64,000 nt of DNA from a virus (lineage: Duplodnaviria > Caudoviricetes), in the IMG/VR virus record IMGVR_UViG_2518645549_000001, positions 1-64,000 of that record. The stretch is one strand, 5' to 3'. A program made the position numbers and the translations under genes. Positions within the stretch are counted from its first letter, which is position 1, and every line of letters begins with the position of its first letter. The notes under the pieces were generated by a model that saw nothing but the letters and a program-made list of their open reading frames with translations, was not told the origin of the DNA and did not search any database. Below, in pieces: positions 44,979-54,528 of this stretch.

Positions 44979-47609
44979 ATGGCTGATCAAACTCAGCGCC
45001 TTGAAATCGCGACCGTGCGCGCGGAAGTCGGCAGCAACATCGTTTACCGCTTTGCAAATGATGCGGCCGCCGCCGGCCCGATACCAACTGAGTCGGGCGG
45101 CATCCAGAACCTCAAGCAGGTCATTCTGGAAATCCAGGCTGAAGCGGCTGAGAAAATCAGCATTTCGACCACTATCTACCCGACTGTGGCCGCCGGCCTG
45201 GGTGCGACTGCGAACCAAGGGATTTTCCTGGTTCAGTCGGATGACGCCAACGAGATCTATGCAGTTTGGAAAAATGAGGAAGGCACGGCGGTAAACACAG
45301 GCAAGACAGCATTGTCAGCGACCGCCATCCAGACGGCGCTGGACGCTTCTAATGAGGCGGCTCAGGCAGCTGAAGACGCGGCAGACGTCGCAACTACCAG
45401 AACCGCTCGCTACCTCGCGCCATCAGCGACTCCGCCAGTTGTGCGCGACGACGGACTTCCTCTCCAGGTCGGTGACGTCTGGTTCAATACTGTCGATCAA
45501 TCCGAATATCGCTACACCGATAATGGGTGGCGGGCCAACGACAGCCTCCAGGCTGTTGCGGACCTCAGAGAAGAATTAGAGCCAGACCAAGTCAGAAAAC
45601 TCGCAACATACTCTGCATTGCGGAACTACACAGGTTCTTACAAGTTTGTAGAGATAACTCAGAAAGGAATCGACGGCCTTTTCGTTGCGTTGCCATTTGA
45701 TCCCAAGGACGTAGATGATGGAGCTACGAAGATTGTCAGCGCTGACGGCCTAATTACATGGGTTAGATCCTTTTCAGGTGCCGCATACGCAAGCTGGTGG
45801 GGCCTAAACGGTTCAGGAGATGAGACGTCAAAGCTTCAGCAAGCGTTCGATAACTCTGGGGGGTGGCTTGAATTCGAATTCGGTAAAACCTACAGATACA
45901 ACCCTGCGATTGGCATCAACGTAAGCAAGCCACTGCGACTGGTAACCAACGGCTCCATATTTAGGGAGACCGCTGCAAACACCGATTTTTCTTTCAATAT
46001 AACCGCAAGCCCATTCCATGCTGACAGCATGAAGTTTGAGTTTGTTGGATCCGGCAATGCTAGATTCAATGAGCGCGGCGTGACTATCAGCGGTTCGAAT
46101 ATCAGAATTGGATCAATCTCCATCACTGCAGAAAATTCGCAGACTGGGGCCAACAACTCCGCATATTGCGGCATCAAGATTGGTCCCGAGACTAATGATG
46201 TGCTGTCCTCGTCAGTGGAGATAGGTTCAATAAGTTCGAAAAATTGGGACCGTCCGGTCATGTTCCAGAATCTCAGTGCGTGGCAGGTTGGCTCAATTGA
46301 TATTCAGGTTTACCGACGCGGGATCTATGTCAAGGACTGCAAGTACGGGAAGATTCTTGGCGGCAGCGCGAAGGGAATGAGCCCGACGTCAACTGGAAAG
46401 GCAGGTGAGAATGCGATTCTCCTAGAGTCGGTGGCAGCGGATTACGCCACCGAAGAAATCAGGATTTATGGGTTCGCGGGCGAGGATTCTGGTGAACATG
46501 GGTTCCGCGTCGGTGGGCAGAAGATTATGCGCAATATTTGGCATATCGGCTGCTCAACCAGGAACACTGGGCTGGGCTATGGTACGGCCCCGCTACCGAA
46601 CGATGATGACCACGGCGGATGCGGATTCAAGGCGCTCGGACCGACCTCTGTCCCGGGGGCAATGCATCAAGGCATTCACTACCTAAGCTGTACTGTTGAG
46701 AATGCAATTATCGAAGAAGGGAAGGGGTTTAACTTTGCCGGGTTCAATATCGGAAAAGTGTACGGCGGATCTATTGCTGACTGCAGTGTCATACCTCCTG
46801 AGGGCAATCTGTCGGCGATCAGCTGCGGTAATGGGATTGAGTTAATTGGATGCGAGAATACGCAAGTTTCTAACCCGACTATCATAAGCCCGAAGTTCAA
46901 CGGCATACTGTTCTACGACAGTGCTGACTCTGACGGGCAGTATTGGGGCAGCAACAACAACATCAGCGTAGATGGCGGCCGTGTGCGCGGAGCTTCGGTG
47001 GCTGCCGTGAAGGCTACCGCATTCTCGAAAAACATGCGTAAGCTTGCGGTGAAAGGGCTAAAAGTCGAGGCTTGCGCGTATGCACTTAATGCCGAGAAGT
47101 CTGGATCTGGTCTATTCACTGGATGTACATTCGACGGAGACTGCTGGGGAGTAACGACTGAGCTTTTCTATGGGGCTGCAGACTGGCTGATTTCCGGGAA
47201 GGGCGAGTGGATCGGCGCGAACGTTGTTCAGCGTGGATCAATATTCCAAGACTGGTCCAGCAAGGCGCTCAAGCAGTACGCGGCGTCAGGCTGGATCAGC
47301 GTTGATGGATCCTTCACAATCTCGCTTGCGGATGATGCTTTTTTTTCCTGGACGCCCAAGAAGAGCGATATGTGGGTTCTGATATCTACCGGGGGTACCA
47401 CCTACTATGGGCAGCTCTGGGTTCGCACCACATCTTCACCGGCATCCGTCAAGGTAGCTGGCGGCACCAACCTAGCTGTGATGAACTCAGCCCTTTCCGG
47501 AACAACAGGAGTTGATGGAAACATTACTGTCGGGGTCCAGTCGGGTACACTATATATCGAGAACAGGGCGGGGAATAATCAGACGATTACCATAACTCAA
47601 CTTGGTTAG
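44979..47609 (+). CDS. Tailspike / beta-helix depolymerase
   Basis: High-GC N-terminal anchor then lower-GC DETSKLQQAFD and Gly/Ser/Asn/Ile-rich beta-helix region. Confidence 0.75.
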   Translation: MADQTQRLEIATVRAEVGSNIVYRFANDAAAAGPIPTESGGIQNLKQVILEIQAEAAEKISISTTIYPTVAAGLGATANQGIFLVQSDDANEIYAVWKNEEGTAVNTGKTALSATAIQTALDASNEAAQAAEDAADVATTRTARYLAPSATPPVVRDDGLPLQVGDVWFNTVDQSEYRYTDNGWRANDSLQAVADLREELEPDQVRKLATYSALRNYTGSYKFVEITQKGIDGLFVALPFDPKDVDDGATKIVSADGLITWVRSFSGAAYASWWGLNGSGDETSKLQQAFDNSGGWLEFEFGKTYRYNPAIGINVSKPLRLVTNGSIFRETAANTDFSFNITASPFHADSMKFEFVGSGNARFNERGVTISGSNIRIGSISITAENSQTGANNSAYCGIKIGPETNDVLSSSVEIGSISSKNWDRPVMFQNLSAWQVGSIDIQVYRRGIYVKDCKYGKILGGSAKGMSPTSTGKAGENAILLESVAADYATEEIRIYGFAGEDSGEHGFRVGGQKIMRNIWHIGCSTRNTGLGYGTAPLPNDDDHGGCGFKALGPTSVPGAMHQGIHYLSCTVENAIIEEGKGFNFAGFNIGKVYGGSIADCSVIPPEGNLSAISCGNGIELIGCENTQVSNPTIISPKFNGILFYDSADSDGQYWGSNNNISVDGGRVRGASVAAVKATAFSKNMRKLAVKGLKVEACAYALNAEKSGSGLFTGCTFDGDCWGVTTELFYGAADWLISGKGEWIGANVVQRGSIFQDWSSKALKQYAASGWISVDGSFTISLADDAFFSWTPKKSDMWVLISTGGTTYYGQLWVRTTSSPASVKVAGGTNLAVMNSALSGTTGVDGNITVGVQSGTLYIENRAGNNQTITITQLG

Positions 47610-47611
47610 CG

Positions 47612-47642
47612 ATAAGCCAGAGGGGTTATCCCTCTGGCTTAT
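47612..47642. terminator. Bidirectional terminator-like hairpin
   Basis: 13-bp perfect stem ATAAGCCAGAGGG/CCCTCTGGCTTAT between convergent genes. Confidence 0.75.
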
Positions 47643-47652
47643 TTCGATGAAA

Positions 47653-49173
47653 TTAGCTTATTGTAAACTTGAACGTTGTTTTCGTATCTCCATGGGATCT
47701 AAATATAACCCGCATGGTGTGCGATATCTCGCTTCTGTTGGCTGGAATGTAGTTGATTCTTGATATGGCCCATTCACCGTGAGTGCTGTCGCACTCTAGT
47801 GAACCAATCAGCCTGTATCCTTTGTATAGAAAGAGTGCGCTGTTTCGTATCCTTACCTCTATGAGTGGGGATAGAACGAACCCGTGCTCTACTTGTTCTT
47901 TGGCTTCTGAAATAACTTCGTCGGTTATGGTGAGTTTTTTGCCGGAAAGGACAAAGTCTCGTGAAACTTTAACCCCTGGTATTCTCTGATGACTGCCAGA
48001 GAGGATAAATCCTGATGAATCTACTGATGACTTTTTAAATAGTGACTTGTGGTTTGTTTTGTTTCTAGGTAAATATGGTTTGCCAGATATTGTAACGACG
48101 CTGTGATGGCAAGATGAGCGCAGGTAGTCATTAGTTACGCGGTCTGCTTGGTCCGAGTACCCTGGGTCATCAAAAATCAGATCTCCATCTAACTCAAGAC
48201 AGAAAGATAAGTCGTCGTCTTGCTTGTGATGTGACGAATTCCACGAGCAGCAAGATGTGAAGTGGAAGCGTTTTCCCTCAATGGTGTTAATGTACGCGAA
48301 GAACCCATTTTTAAAATATGATTTTGGAGTCGATCCGTCCACATGGACTGACTGGGGCGCAGAATCAATCTCTGGGTGGTCCGACCTGATGTTCTTATTT
48401 GGAAGCCTAAATGAGTCACCTACCGGGAAATACTCGCCGTTACTTCTCGTGAAAAATGACAAAATCTCTTTGCAAGCCTCGGGCAGGCCTTGCGTCGGCA
48501 CCTGACTAATTTGTTCTTTGTATTTTTCTGATGCATTAAGGAATTTAATGGCGACCGGATAGTTGTATTCTTGGTACGAAATCGAATGCTCTTGTGTTAC
48601 GCCTTCGGAATCAAATATTGACGCTAGAGATTTTGCCCCCCTAATTGCTACGGATCTTAATTTTTCATCGTCTAAGTAACCGAGTCTTTCAGATGACTCT
48701 AGGATTGCCGTGTCGGCCATTACACCGTGATTATGCCCGTGCCGATATACTTCAGCGGATAGCAAGGTATTAACATCGGCAATCATAAGCTCTTTGCATA
48801 GAGCTACTGCCTCTGTCTCTCCCGCCAGATCGAAATCATCTATCATTTTATCTATATGTGACAAACGAATAGAGGTTGTGTGATCGCCAAGCCGAGTGCC
48901 AATCATATCGTTTTGATTTTTGTTTTTATAATGAAATTCAAAGAAGTCCATCAATACCAGGTGTCGTTTTTTTAATGGTATTGATTTCGTGAGCCATCTC
49001 AGGCTTAGAAGGTTGTGGCGCCAGTTTAGAACCTGAAATGGGTTCATCGACCAGTTTACTGGCGACTCTATTGTTACCTCTTTAAATCGACCATATTTTA
49101 TGGTGTGAGTAAATCCTTTTGTATTCATGACAGTATCTGTATGCGAGTTATCGTCCATGCGTTCGGGTGCCAT
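47653..49173 (-). CDS. Heparinase II/III-like polysaccharide lyase (moron)
   Basis: HNHG, QEHSISYQEY, HKQDDDLSF, DPGY, YLRSSCHHS; AT-rich; start uncertain. Confidence 0.75.
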   Translation of the reverse strand: MAPERMDDNSHTDTVMNTKGFTHTIKYGRFKEVTIESPVNWSMNPFQVLNWRHNLLSLRWLTKSIPLKKRHLVLMDFFEFHYKNKNQNDMIGTRLGDHTTSIRLSHIDKMIDDFDLAGETEAVALCKELMIADVNTLLSAEVYRHGHNHGVMADTAILESSERLGYLDDEKLRSVAIRGAKSLASIFDSEGVTQEHSISYQEYNYPVAIKFLNASEKYKEQISQVPTQGLPEACKEILSFFTRSNGEYFPVGDSFRLPNKNIRSDHPEIDSAPQSVHVDGSTPKSYFKNGFFAYINTIEGKRFHFTSCCSWNSSHHKQDDDLSFCLELDGDLIFDDPGYSDQADRVTNDYLRSSCHHSVVTISGKPYLPRNKTNHKSLFKKSSVDSSGFILSGSHQRIPGVKVSRDFVLSGKKLTITDEVISEAKEQVEHGFVLSPLIEVRIRNSALFLYKGYRLIGSLECDSTHGEWAISRINYIPANRSEISHTMRVIFRSHGDTKTTFKFTIS

Positions 49174-49285
49174 GTTCTGCGTGTCCTGATTAAAGATGAA
49201 AACCTAGCTTGTCGTGGCGGCGAATCCTTTCGATTCACATCGTCACTTTATACATCATATCCTCGATTATTTCATGGAGAAGACC

Positions 49286-49774
49286 ATGGCTCGGATTCCT
49301 TCCGAAAGTGCCAAAGGGGCGAACGTGCTCCGCTTCCTGGATCTGATCGCCTTCTCGGAAGGCACTTCTACCATCAAAGCCAGCGATGACGGCTACAACG
49401 TGCTGTACGGCGGCGGCCTGTTTCAGGGCTATGCCGATCACCCGCGGCGCAAGCTGACTTTTCCCATCAACGGCAAGCCGGTCACCAGCACCGCCGCTGG
49501 CCGGTACCAGTTGCTCGAGCGTTACTGGGATGCATACAGGGTCAGCCTTCGCCTGGCTGGCGGCTTCACGCCGGAGAACCAGGACCGCATCGCCATGCAG
49601 CAAATCCGTGAGCGCAGTGCGCTTGGCGACATCAAGTCCGGCCGTATAGAGCAGGCAATCGCCAAGTGCTCGAACATCTGGGCATCGCTGCCAGGGAACA
49701 ACTACGGGCAAAACCCGCACAAGCTGGAGAAGTTGCTGGCCCAGTGGCAAAAGCTCGGCGGGGCGCTGTCATGA
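49286..49774 (+). CDS. Endolysin, lambda R-like transglycosylase (GH104)
   Basis: FLDLIAFSEGT, GYNVLYGG, STAAGRYQLL, IWASLPG; GGAG RBS. Confidence 0.9.
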   Translation: MARIPSESAKGANVLRFLDLIAFSEGTSTIKASDDGYNVLYGGGLFQGYADHPRRKLTFPINGKPVTSTAAGRYQLLERYWDAYRVSLRLAGGFTPENQDRIAMQQIRERSALGDIKSGRIEQAIAKCSNIWASLPGNNYGQNPHKLEKLLAQWQKLGGALS

Positions 49775-50289
49775 TCTGGCTGGCTGCGGTACCGGCCTGG
49801 TGCTGGTGGCTGATTGCCCTGTTGCTGGTCGCGGGTGGCCAGCAGTATCGAGTGGTGGTGGCTCAGGGCGATACCGAGACGGCACGCAGCGATCTGGCCG
49901 ACTACCGGCTCGAGGTATCTGAGCGCGACCGCCGCGCCGCCGCCCAAGTCAGAAGCGAAGAACAGCGCCGCCAAGCCGTGGCGGACAAGGAGGGCGAGAG
50001 TGCACGACGGAAACTGGAACTGGCCGAAAGCCGTGCCGCTGATGCTGAATCTGCTGCTGGCGGGCTGCGCGGGGAAATCGAACGACTGCGCGCCGGCCGA
50101 GCAGCAACCTGCGGTGTCATCGCTACCCAGCAGCGCCAGGCAGGAACCTCTGCCGTCGTGGTGCTCGGGGGATTGCTTGAAGAGTCTGACCGAATGGCGG
50201 GAGACCTCGCGAAAGCGCTTGAGCGAAGTAGAATAGCCGGGCTGGCGTGCGAGGCTGTGGTCGATGGAATCCGCCGGGGCGGTGAGTAG
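49771..50289 (+). CDS. Rz-like i-spanin (DUF2514)
   Basis: N-terminal TM, coiled coil, RIAGLACE end. Confidence 0.8.
   Translation: MIWLAAVPAWCWWLIALLLVAGGQQYRVVVAQGDTETARSDLADYRLEVSERDRRAAAQVRSEEQRRQAVADKEGESARRKLELAESRAADAESAAGGLRGEIERLRAGRAATCGVIATQQRQAGTSAVVVLGGLLEESDRMAGDLAKALERSRIAGLACEAVVDGIRRGGE
50000..50236 (+). CDS. Rz1-like o-spanin lipoprotein nested in Rz
   Basis: AAGGAGG RBS, GTG start, lipobox LLAGC, Pro-rich, alternative frame. Confidence 0.75.
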   Translation: MHDGNWNWPKAVPLMLNLLLAGCAGKSNDCAPAEQQPAVSSLPSSARQEPLPSWCSGDCLKSLTEWRETSRKRLSEVE

Positions 50290-50344
50290 CTATATAAAGG
50301 AAGGGAAACGGTCGGCAGAACGCCGGTAGAGGGGGCAGGAGGCG

Positions 50345-50374
50345 TGGGACAAAACTGGGACATTTAATGTCCCA
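50345..50374. repeat. Putative integrase arm-type sites, prophage 1 side
   Basis: TGGGACA at 50345 and 50356, inverted TGTCCCA at 50368. Confidence 0.55.
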
Positions 50375-50467
50375 AATGATGATGAATCAAGATGCAGGAA
50401 AATGACGCTAAACCCAATAGATACAGGGGCTTGAGCGATTGAACCTAGCAAAATAGCAGGTTCGTAC

Positions 50468-50518
50468 CGGATTGCAAATCCGTCTACGCCGGTTCGATTC
50501 CGACCTCGGCCTCCACCA
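50468..50518 (+). other. att core: 3' fragment of tRNA-Cys(GCA)
   Basis: CGGA-TTGCAAA-TCCG anticodon arm, GGTTCGATTCC, CTCGGCCTCCA; no 5' GGCCGAG acceptor strand upstream. Confidence 0.85.
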
Positions 50519-50523
50519 TTCGA

Positions 50524-50555
50524 AAGCCCCGCAGATTAACGTCTGCGGGGTTTTT
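50524..50555 (+). terminator. Intrinsic terminator after the tRNA fragment
   Basis: CCCCGCAGA/TCTGCGGGG stem then T run. Confidence 0.8.
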
Positions 50556-50579
50556 CTTTGCGCGCAGAAAAACCGGATA

Positions 50580-50611
50580 GTTTCCGCATCCTGAGGCTTC
50601 GTTTCCGCATC
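50580..50611. repeat. Putative integrase arm-type sites, prophage 2 side
   Basis: GTTTCCGCATC direct repeat at 50580 and 50601. Confidence 0.55.
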
Positions 50612-50617
50612 AGCGAT

Positions 50618-51682
50618 TTACTTGGTAGGGGAAACCACCTCGCCGACTCGGCGATAAACCCGCTTGGTGATCTCCTCCTTGGAGTGGCCCAGCAGCCGGC
50701 TGGCGTGACTGATGTCCTCTATTTCCGAGGCCGCCTTGGGTCGGATATCACGGAACTGGAACTGCCGCACCTTGGTGGCCAGGTCAGTGTTGCCGTCGGC
50801 GATGAGCTTCCGAGCAGCCTTGTCACGCGCCTCGCTGAAGCGGTTCCTTAACATCTCCCAGCTCATTCGCAGACCCGAGTCGTTGGTGATCAGTCGCGTG
50901 TTGCGCACTCCCTGCAGCTTGCGGCGCTCGAGTAGCGCCTCGATGAACAGCCCAAGGCCGGTCAGTTCGCCATTGACGTGCCGGCGGATGCGGAGTTTCT
51001 TGTCGGTCTTGTTCTGATCGACCCACAGATAGTCCTCGTCCAGGTCGACGGTGCTGAATTTCAGGGTGTCCGCAGGGCGCTGGCCAGCCAGGTAGGCCAG
51101 GTCCATGGCATCCTTGAGCCCCTGGTCGCCCTCGGCATAAACCGCATCCCAGATTTCGTCAGCCGCGTAGAAATCGCGCACTTTCTCTTTGTTGCGACGC
51201 ACCGCCAGGCAGGGGTTGCGTTCGGCAAAGCCCCATTCCATTGCCATGGTGAAAACGTGCGAGAGCAGGGCGATCTCCCGGTTTGCCCGAGTCTTGGCAG
51301 TGCGGGCATCCCGGTACTGGGCAATGACCGGCGGGTTGATAGCCTCGATCGGCGCATCAGCGAACGCCTTGCGCAGGCGCTCCAGCTCATATTTGTTGTC
51401 CTTCTGAGTGCGTGGCGACTTGGTTGGTATGATGTCCCGCTCGTACCGGTCAAACAGTTCGCCCATCGTCGCCATCACCTTCGGCTTCGCCTTATGTTCC
51501 AGGCGGGCCCATTCCAGCTTGGCCTCTGCGAGATCAGTCCCCAGCGGTACCTCTTGCCGCTTCCCGTCTGCATCCCTCCCGTCGTAGTAATAACCAACCC
51601 ACAGCTTCCCGCTTTACAACTTGCGGACCCGCCGCAACATCCGCGGCGGCAGGTCCTTGTTCGATGCCTTCCTGGTGCGCAT
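50618..51682 (-). pseudogene. int: Phage integrase with in-frame TAA at codon 23
   Basis: MRTRKASNKDLPPRMLRRVRKL*SGKLWVGYYYDGR... in frame with 50618-51478 (GQRPAD, QNKT, FRDIRPK, LLGHS, VY). Confidence 0.8.
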
Positions 51683-51685
51683 CTG

Positions 51686-51922
51686 TTACCCCACGCGCGA
51701 TAAGTCCAATGTCCATGTCTCGGCCGTGGCATTCGTTGCCGTCGGCTTCACTCCTGCCATCTTCATCCGGAAGTACATCCGGCCAATGATGGGGCGCCTG
51801 GCCCGGGTAAGCGTGTACTGCCAGCCATTGTTGGCAAGCCAGGCGATTTGCTTGCTCGGGATCTGGTACCCAGTCAGCCGCACCACTTCCTCCTCCTCGA
51901 GGATCTCGCTTGTATGTTCCAT
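51686..51922 (-). CDS. DUF4224 excisionase-like protein
   Basis: EVVRLTGYQIPSKQIAWLANNGW...RPIIGR, directly upstream of int. Confidence 0.8.
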   Translation of the reverse strand: MEHTSEILEEEEVVRLTGYQIPSKQIAWLANNGWQYTLTRARRPIIGRMYFRMKMAGVKPTATNATAETWTLDLSRVG

Positions 51923-51961
51923 GGGATGGTCTCCACGCCGCCGATGGCGGCAGGTTGGTGG

Positions 51962-52285
51962 TCAGTCGACCTGGTAGTAGACGTAGCAATTGACGCCTTG
52001 GTCCTTCAGCGACTTGTGCATGGCTTGCACGCCGGCGCTGTGCATATTTCCCTGGCCTGGCCAAGGCGTGTCTAGATGAATGCCCTGCTGGTGATAGCGG
52101 CTTTTCTTCTGGACATAGCCCGGCAGAGTTGGCAACTGGTTAGGGCGTAGGCCCGGTACCGGAATCACGACTCGATCAAGGTTGGCGCTGCCACCATCAT
52201 CGGTGCAGGCAGCTGCTGCAGCCTTGCCAGCCTCCGTGGCGATGCGCACTTTCGCCGGCAGGCTGGCCAGTTCTTCTTTCGTCAT
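51962..52285 (-). CDS. Phage hypothetical protein
   Basis: 107 aa, DDGGSANLD, GGAG RBS. Confidence 0.7.
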   Translation of the reverse strand: MTKEELASLPAKVRIATEAGKAAAAACTDDGGSANLDRVVIPVPGLRPNQLPTLPGYVQKKSRYHQQGIHLDTPWPGQGNMHSAGVQAMHKSLKDQGVNCYVYYQVD

Positions 52286-52340
52286 GGCAATAGCTCTCCA
52301 TGCCCGTGCATGTCGGCGGGCTTGAGTGGAATGGGAGGGG

Positions 52341-52682
52341 TTACAGCTGCGGTGCAAGTAGCTCTTCGACTACCTGACCGGTGTCGTGGAAGTACCAGTC
52401 GCTGTCGGTGAGGTTGTTGATCATGAAGGCGGCGAATCTTTCGGTCGTCATTCCCTTCATCAAGCGCTCGAGCTTCGGCGGAGGTCCTTTCCAGGTTGGC
52501 TCGGCGCCGATGAGTCGGGCTGCCGCCAAGTTGTGATGGCCATCAAGGATGATGCGATAGAGCTTTCCGCGCATCTCCAGATCGATTGTTCGAACCACGA
52601 ATACCTTGAACTTGGCTACCTTCTTGGCGATAACATCGCGGTTCAAGTATCGCTGGCTGCTGATGAGTGGCGGTGTGCTCAT
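52341..52682 (-). CDS. ParB/Srx-like domain protein
   Basis: IILDGHHNLAAARL motif. Confidence 0.65.
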   Translation of the reverse strand: MSTPPLISSQRYLNRDVIAKKVAKFKVFVVRTIDLEMRGKLYRIILDGHHNLAAARLIGAEPTWKGPPPKLERLMKGMTTERFAAFMINNLTDSDWYFHDTGQVVEELLAPQL

Positions 52683-52728
52683 CGCGGCCCCCTGTAGATC
52701 AGGTAGGCCATGTACATCAGTGGCAGGA

Positions 52729-52914
52729 TCATGGCTGAATGCTCCAGGTGATTGCCATCGTGATCACCCCAAGCCATCCGGCGATGGCTAGGGCTCGGTA
52801 AACGATTCGCTCACGCTCAGCCTTCAAGGCCCTGCGCAGCCATTCGGACTTCTCCGTGATCAGCTGATCTGCGAACTCGCATGCGCGCTGGAAGTGCTCT
52901 TCAGAAATGCTCAT
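52729..52914 (-). CDS. Small protein with C-terminal TM
   Basis: MSISEEHF..., AAGGAG RBS. Confidence 0.55.
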   Translation of the reverse strand: MSISEEHFQRACEFADQLITEKSEWLRRALKAERERIVYRALAIAGWLGVITMAITWSIQP

Positions 52915-53309
52915 GGCATCAGCTCCTTCGGCACCTGGATGGTATCGCTGAGCTTGTAGTGGACCAGGCCCCGGCAGAACGCGACCAGAGCGGTGGGGCC
53001 ATAGCACCAGACCCCGGCACCGGCCGGGCCGCCTGCATAGCAGGTATCTTCGGGCAGGCCGGGTATGTGCTGAGCGGTGCCTTGGTGCTTGTCGATCAGC
53101 ACACCGCCGTGGCCCCAGTGAGAAGAAGGGCGATAGCCGAAACCTTCAGTTACGCCGCGGATGCTGATGCTGATGGGGTCAGTTGGCGTAAGCCATACCG
53201 TCGTTCGGCATACAGGATCTGCTTCGAAACCCTCGGCCCTTGCCACGGCCCAGTCCAGCGGGGCGCCGACCAGGTTGGATACCCTTACCTCGATCAGGTC
53301 GGTCATCAT
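52911..53309 (-). CDS. DUF2591/NinX-like protein
   Basis: MTDLIEVRVSNLVGAPLDWAV...IQVPKELMP. Confidence 0.75.
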   Translation of the reverse strand: MMTDLIEVRVSNLVGAPLDWAVARAEGFEADPVCRTTVWLTPTDPISISIRGVTEGFGYRPSSHWGHGGVLIDKHQGTAQHIPGLPEDTCYAGGPAGAGVWCYGPTALVAFCRGLVHYKLSDTIQVPKELMP

Positions 53310-53698
53310 CGGCGCTCCTTTTTCCGCTCGACCTCGATCTGGTCGTAGAGTGCATCCACTCGCTTTTGCTTGCGGTTGATCGCCTCGGAGCGGTTCAGGT
53401 GTTCTCTCAGGGCCTTGTCATAAGGCTCGATCTTCTCGACCAGTCGAAGCCGCTCACTTGGATCTTTTGACGCGTTGAACTGTCGAGCCAGTCGATCCCG
53501 CTCGCTGAAGTCCAGATGGTCAATCGCGCGGTTCTCCTTCTCCATTTCGGCCAGAACGTCTGCCGATTGCCGCTTCCAGCGCAGATACAGCACATCGCTC
53601 TTCTTGGGCTTCATGAAAAAGTGCTGAGATCTGATCCACTCCACCAAGTCTTCCTTGGTCATCTCGTCGAGCATATCTTTCCGGGCGGCTTTGCTCAC
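53306..53698 (-). CDS. Phage hypothetical protein
   Basis: 130 aa, charged helical, coupled. Confidence 0.7.
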   Translation of the reverse strand: MSKAARKDMLDEMTKEDLVEWIRSQHFFMKPKKSDVLYLRWKRQSADVLAEMEKENRAIDHLDFSERDRLARQFNASKDPSERLRLVEKIEPYDKALREHLNRSEAINRKQKRVDALYDQIEVERKKERR

Positions 53699-53946
53699 AG
53701 CTGATACCTCTCATCAATCCAGCGCCCAGGCGCCAGTGCGGGTGTAGGTTCGGGTTGTGTTTCGTGCGGGAAGAGCTGGCGCTGGTTGCCGGCCTGCAGC
53801 TGGCTGTCGGGGATGCAGCTGATGCCGACTCCGTTGAGCAGGTAGCAGGTGACGCCGCGCTGGCTGTCGTGCTGCACGTCGATGACGTTCTCGGTTGCGC
53901 TGGCGCTGGTGGCCAGCAGCAGGAGGCAGAGGGCGAGGCGGGTCAT
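53695..53946 (-). CDS. Small secreted protein
   Basis: Near-identical to 5517-5771. Confidence 0.7.
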   Translation of the reverse strand: MTRLALCLLLLATSASATENVIDVQHDSQRGVTCYLLNGVGISCIPDSQLQAGNQRQLFPHETQPEPTPALAPGRWIDERYQL

Positions 53947-54368
53947 CAGCAGTCCACCCAGTTGAGCTCTTTGATGTAATCACCGCCGGCGCACAGGTGC
54001 TCGTCGTTGATCGCCTCCAGATCCTTTATATCTGCCAGGGCGGCCTTTGCGCGTTCCAATGCCAGCTCGGCATGGCTTAGCTGGTGGCGTTTGCGGGCTT
54101 TGTAGCTGCGCAGCGCTTCCTCTTTGTCGGGGTAGGCGAACCGGCGCCAAGAGCTTTTCGATACACGCTTGGCGTTGCCCCAGACTTTCCCGGTGGCTTC
54201 CTGACGCGCCACGGCGTAACCCTCGCTGCCTTCGGGCACAAGCCAGTAGCAGTGCTCGCTTTCGCGGATCACCACGTAGCGCCGGCACACGATCGTGACG
54301 CCTTCGGGTCCGATGGAATCGATATAACGGAAGTGGTCCGGCCAAGCCGGTTGCTTTTCTGTGGGCAT
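53946..54368 (-). CDS. Phage hypothetical protein
   Basis: MPTEKQP... start, RRFAYPDKEEALRSY. Confidence 0.7.
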   Translation of the reverse strand: MPTEKQPAWPDHFRYIDSIGPEGVTIVCRRYVVIRESEHCYWLVPEGSEGYAVARQEATGKVWGNAKRVSKSSWRRFAYPDKEEALRSYKARKRHQLSHAELALERAKAALADIKDLEAINDEHLCAGGDYIKELNWVDC

Positions 54369-54528
54369 GACTTCGTCCTTGGCTGCCATTTCGCGGCAGT
54401 GAATAGAGGGGAGAGGGGTTACAGCGGGGTGGAGTACAAATGTGATCTGATTAAAAAACGTACAAAATCATGCGGGCTATGTTCTAGATCCGGTATTCTC
54501 GGTTGTCACCAATCAAAGAGAGGTGGTT

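Larger units (their letters stand above)
1..50518. mobile_element. Prophage 1, lambdoid regulation with contractile (myovirus-type) tail; left att lies outside the window
   Basis: Continuous int-xis-early-cI/cro-O/P-nin-Q-head-tail-lysis organisation ending at a tRNA 3' fragment. Confidence 0.93.

Noticed and set aside
41797-47609. Diversity-generating retroelement acting on fibre or spike
   Set aside because: No reverse transcriptase and no TR/VR repeat pair seen
24194-50289. Split lysis cassette as a novelty
   Set aside because: Holin first and endolysin/spanins last is common in Pseudomonas prophages and tailocins
50440-50518. Complete tRNA-Cys gene
   Set aside because: The 5' acceptor strand GGCCGAG is absent; only the anticodon arm to CCA is present, so it is an att fragment
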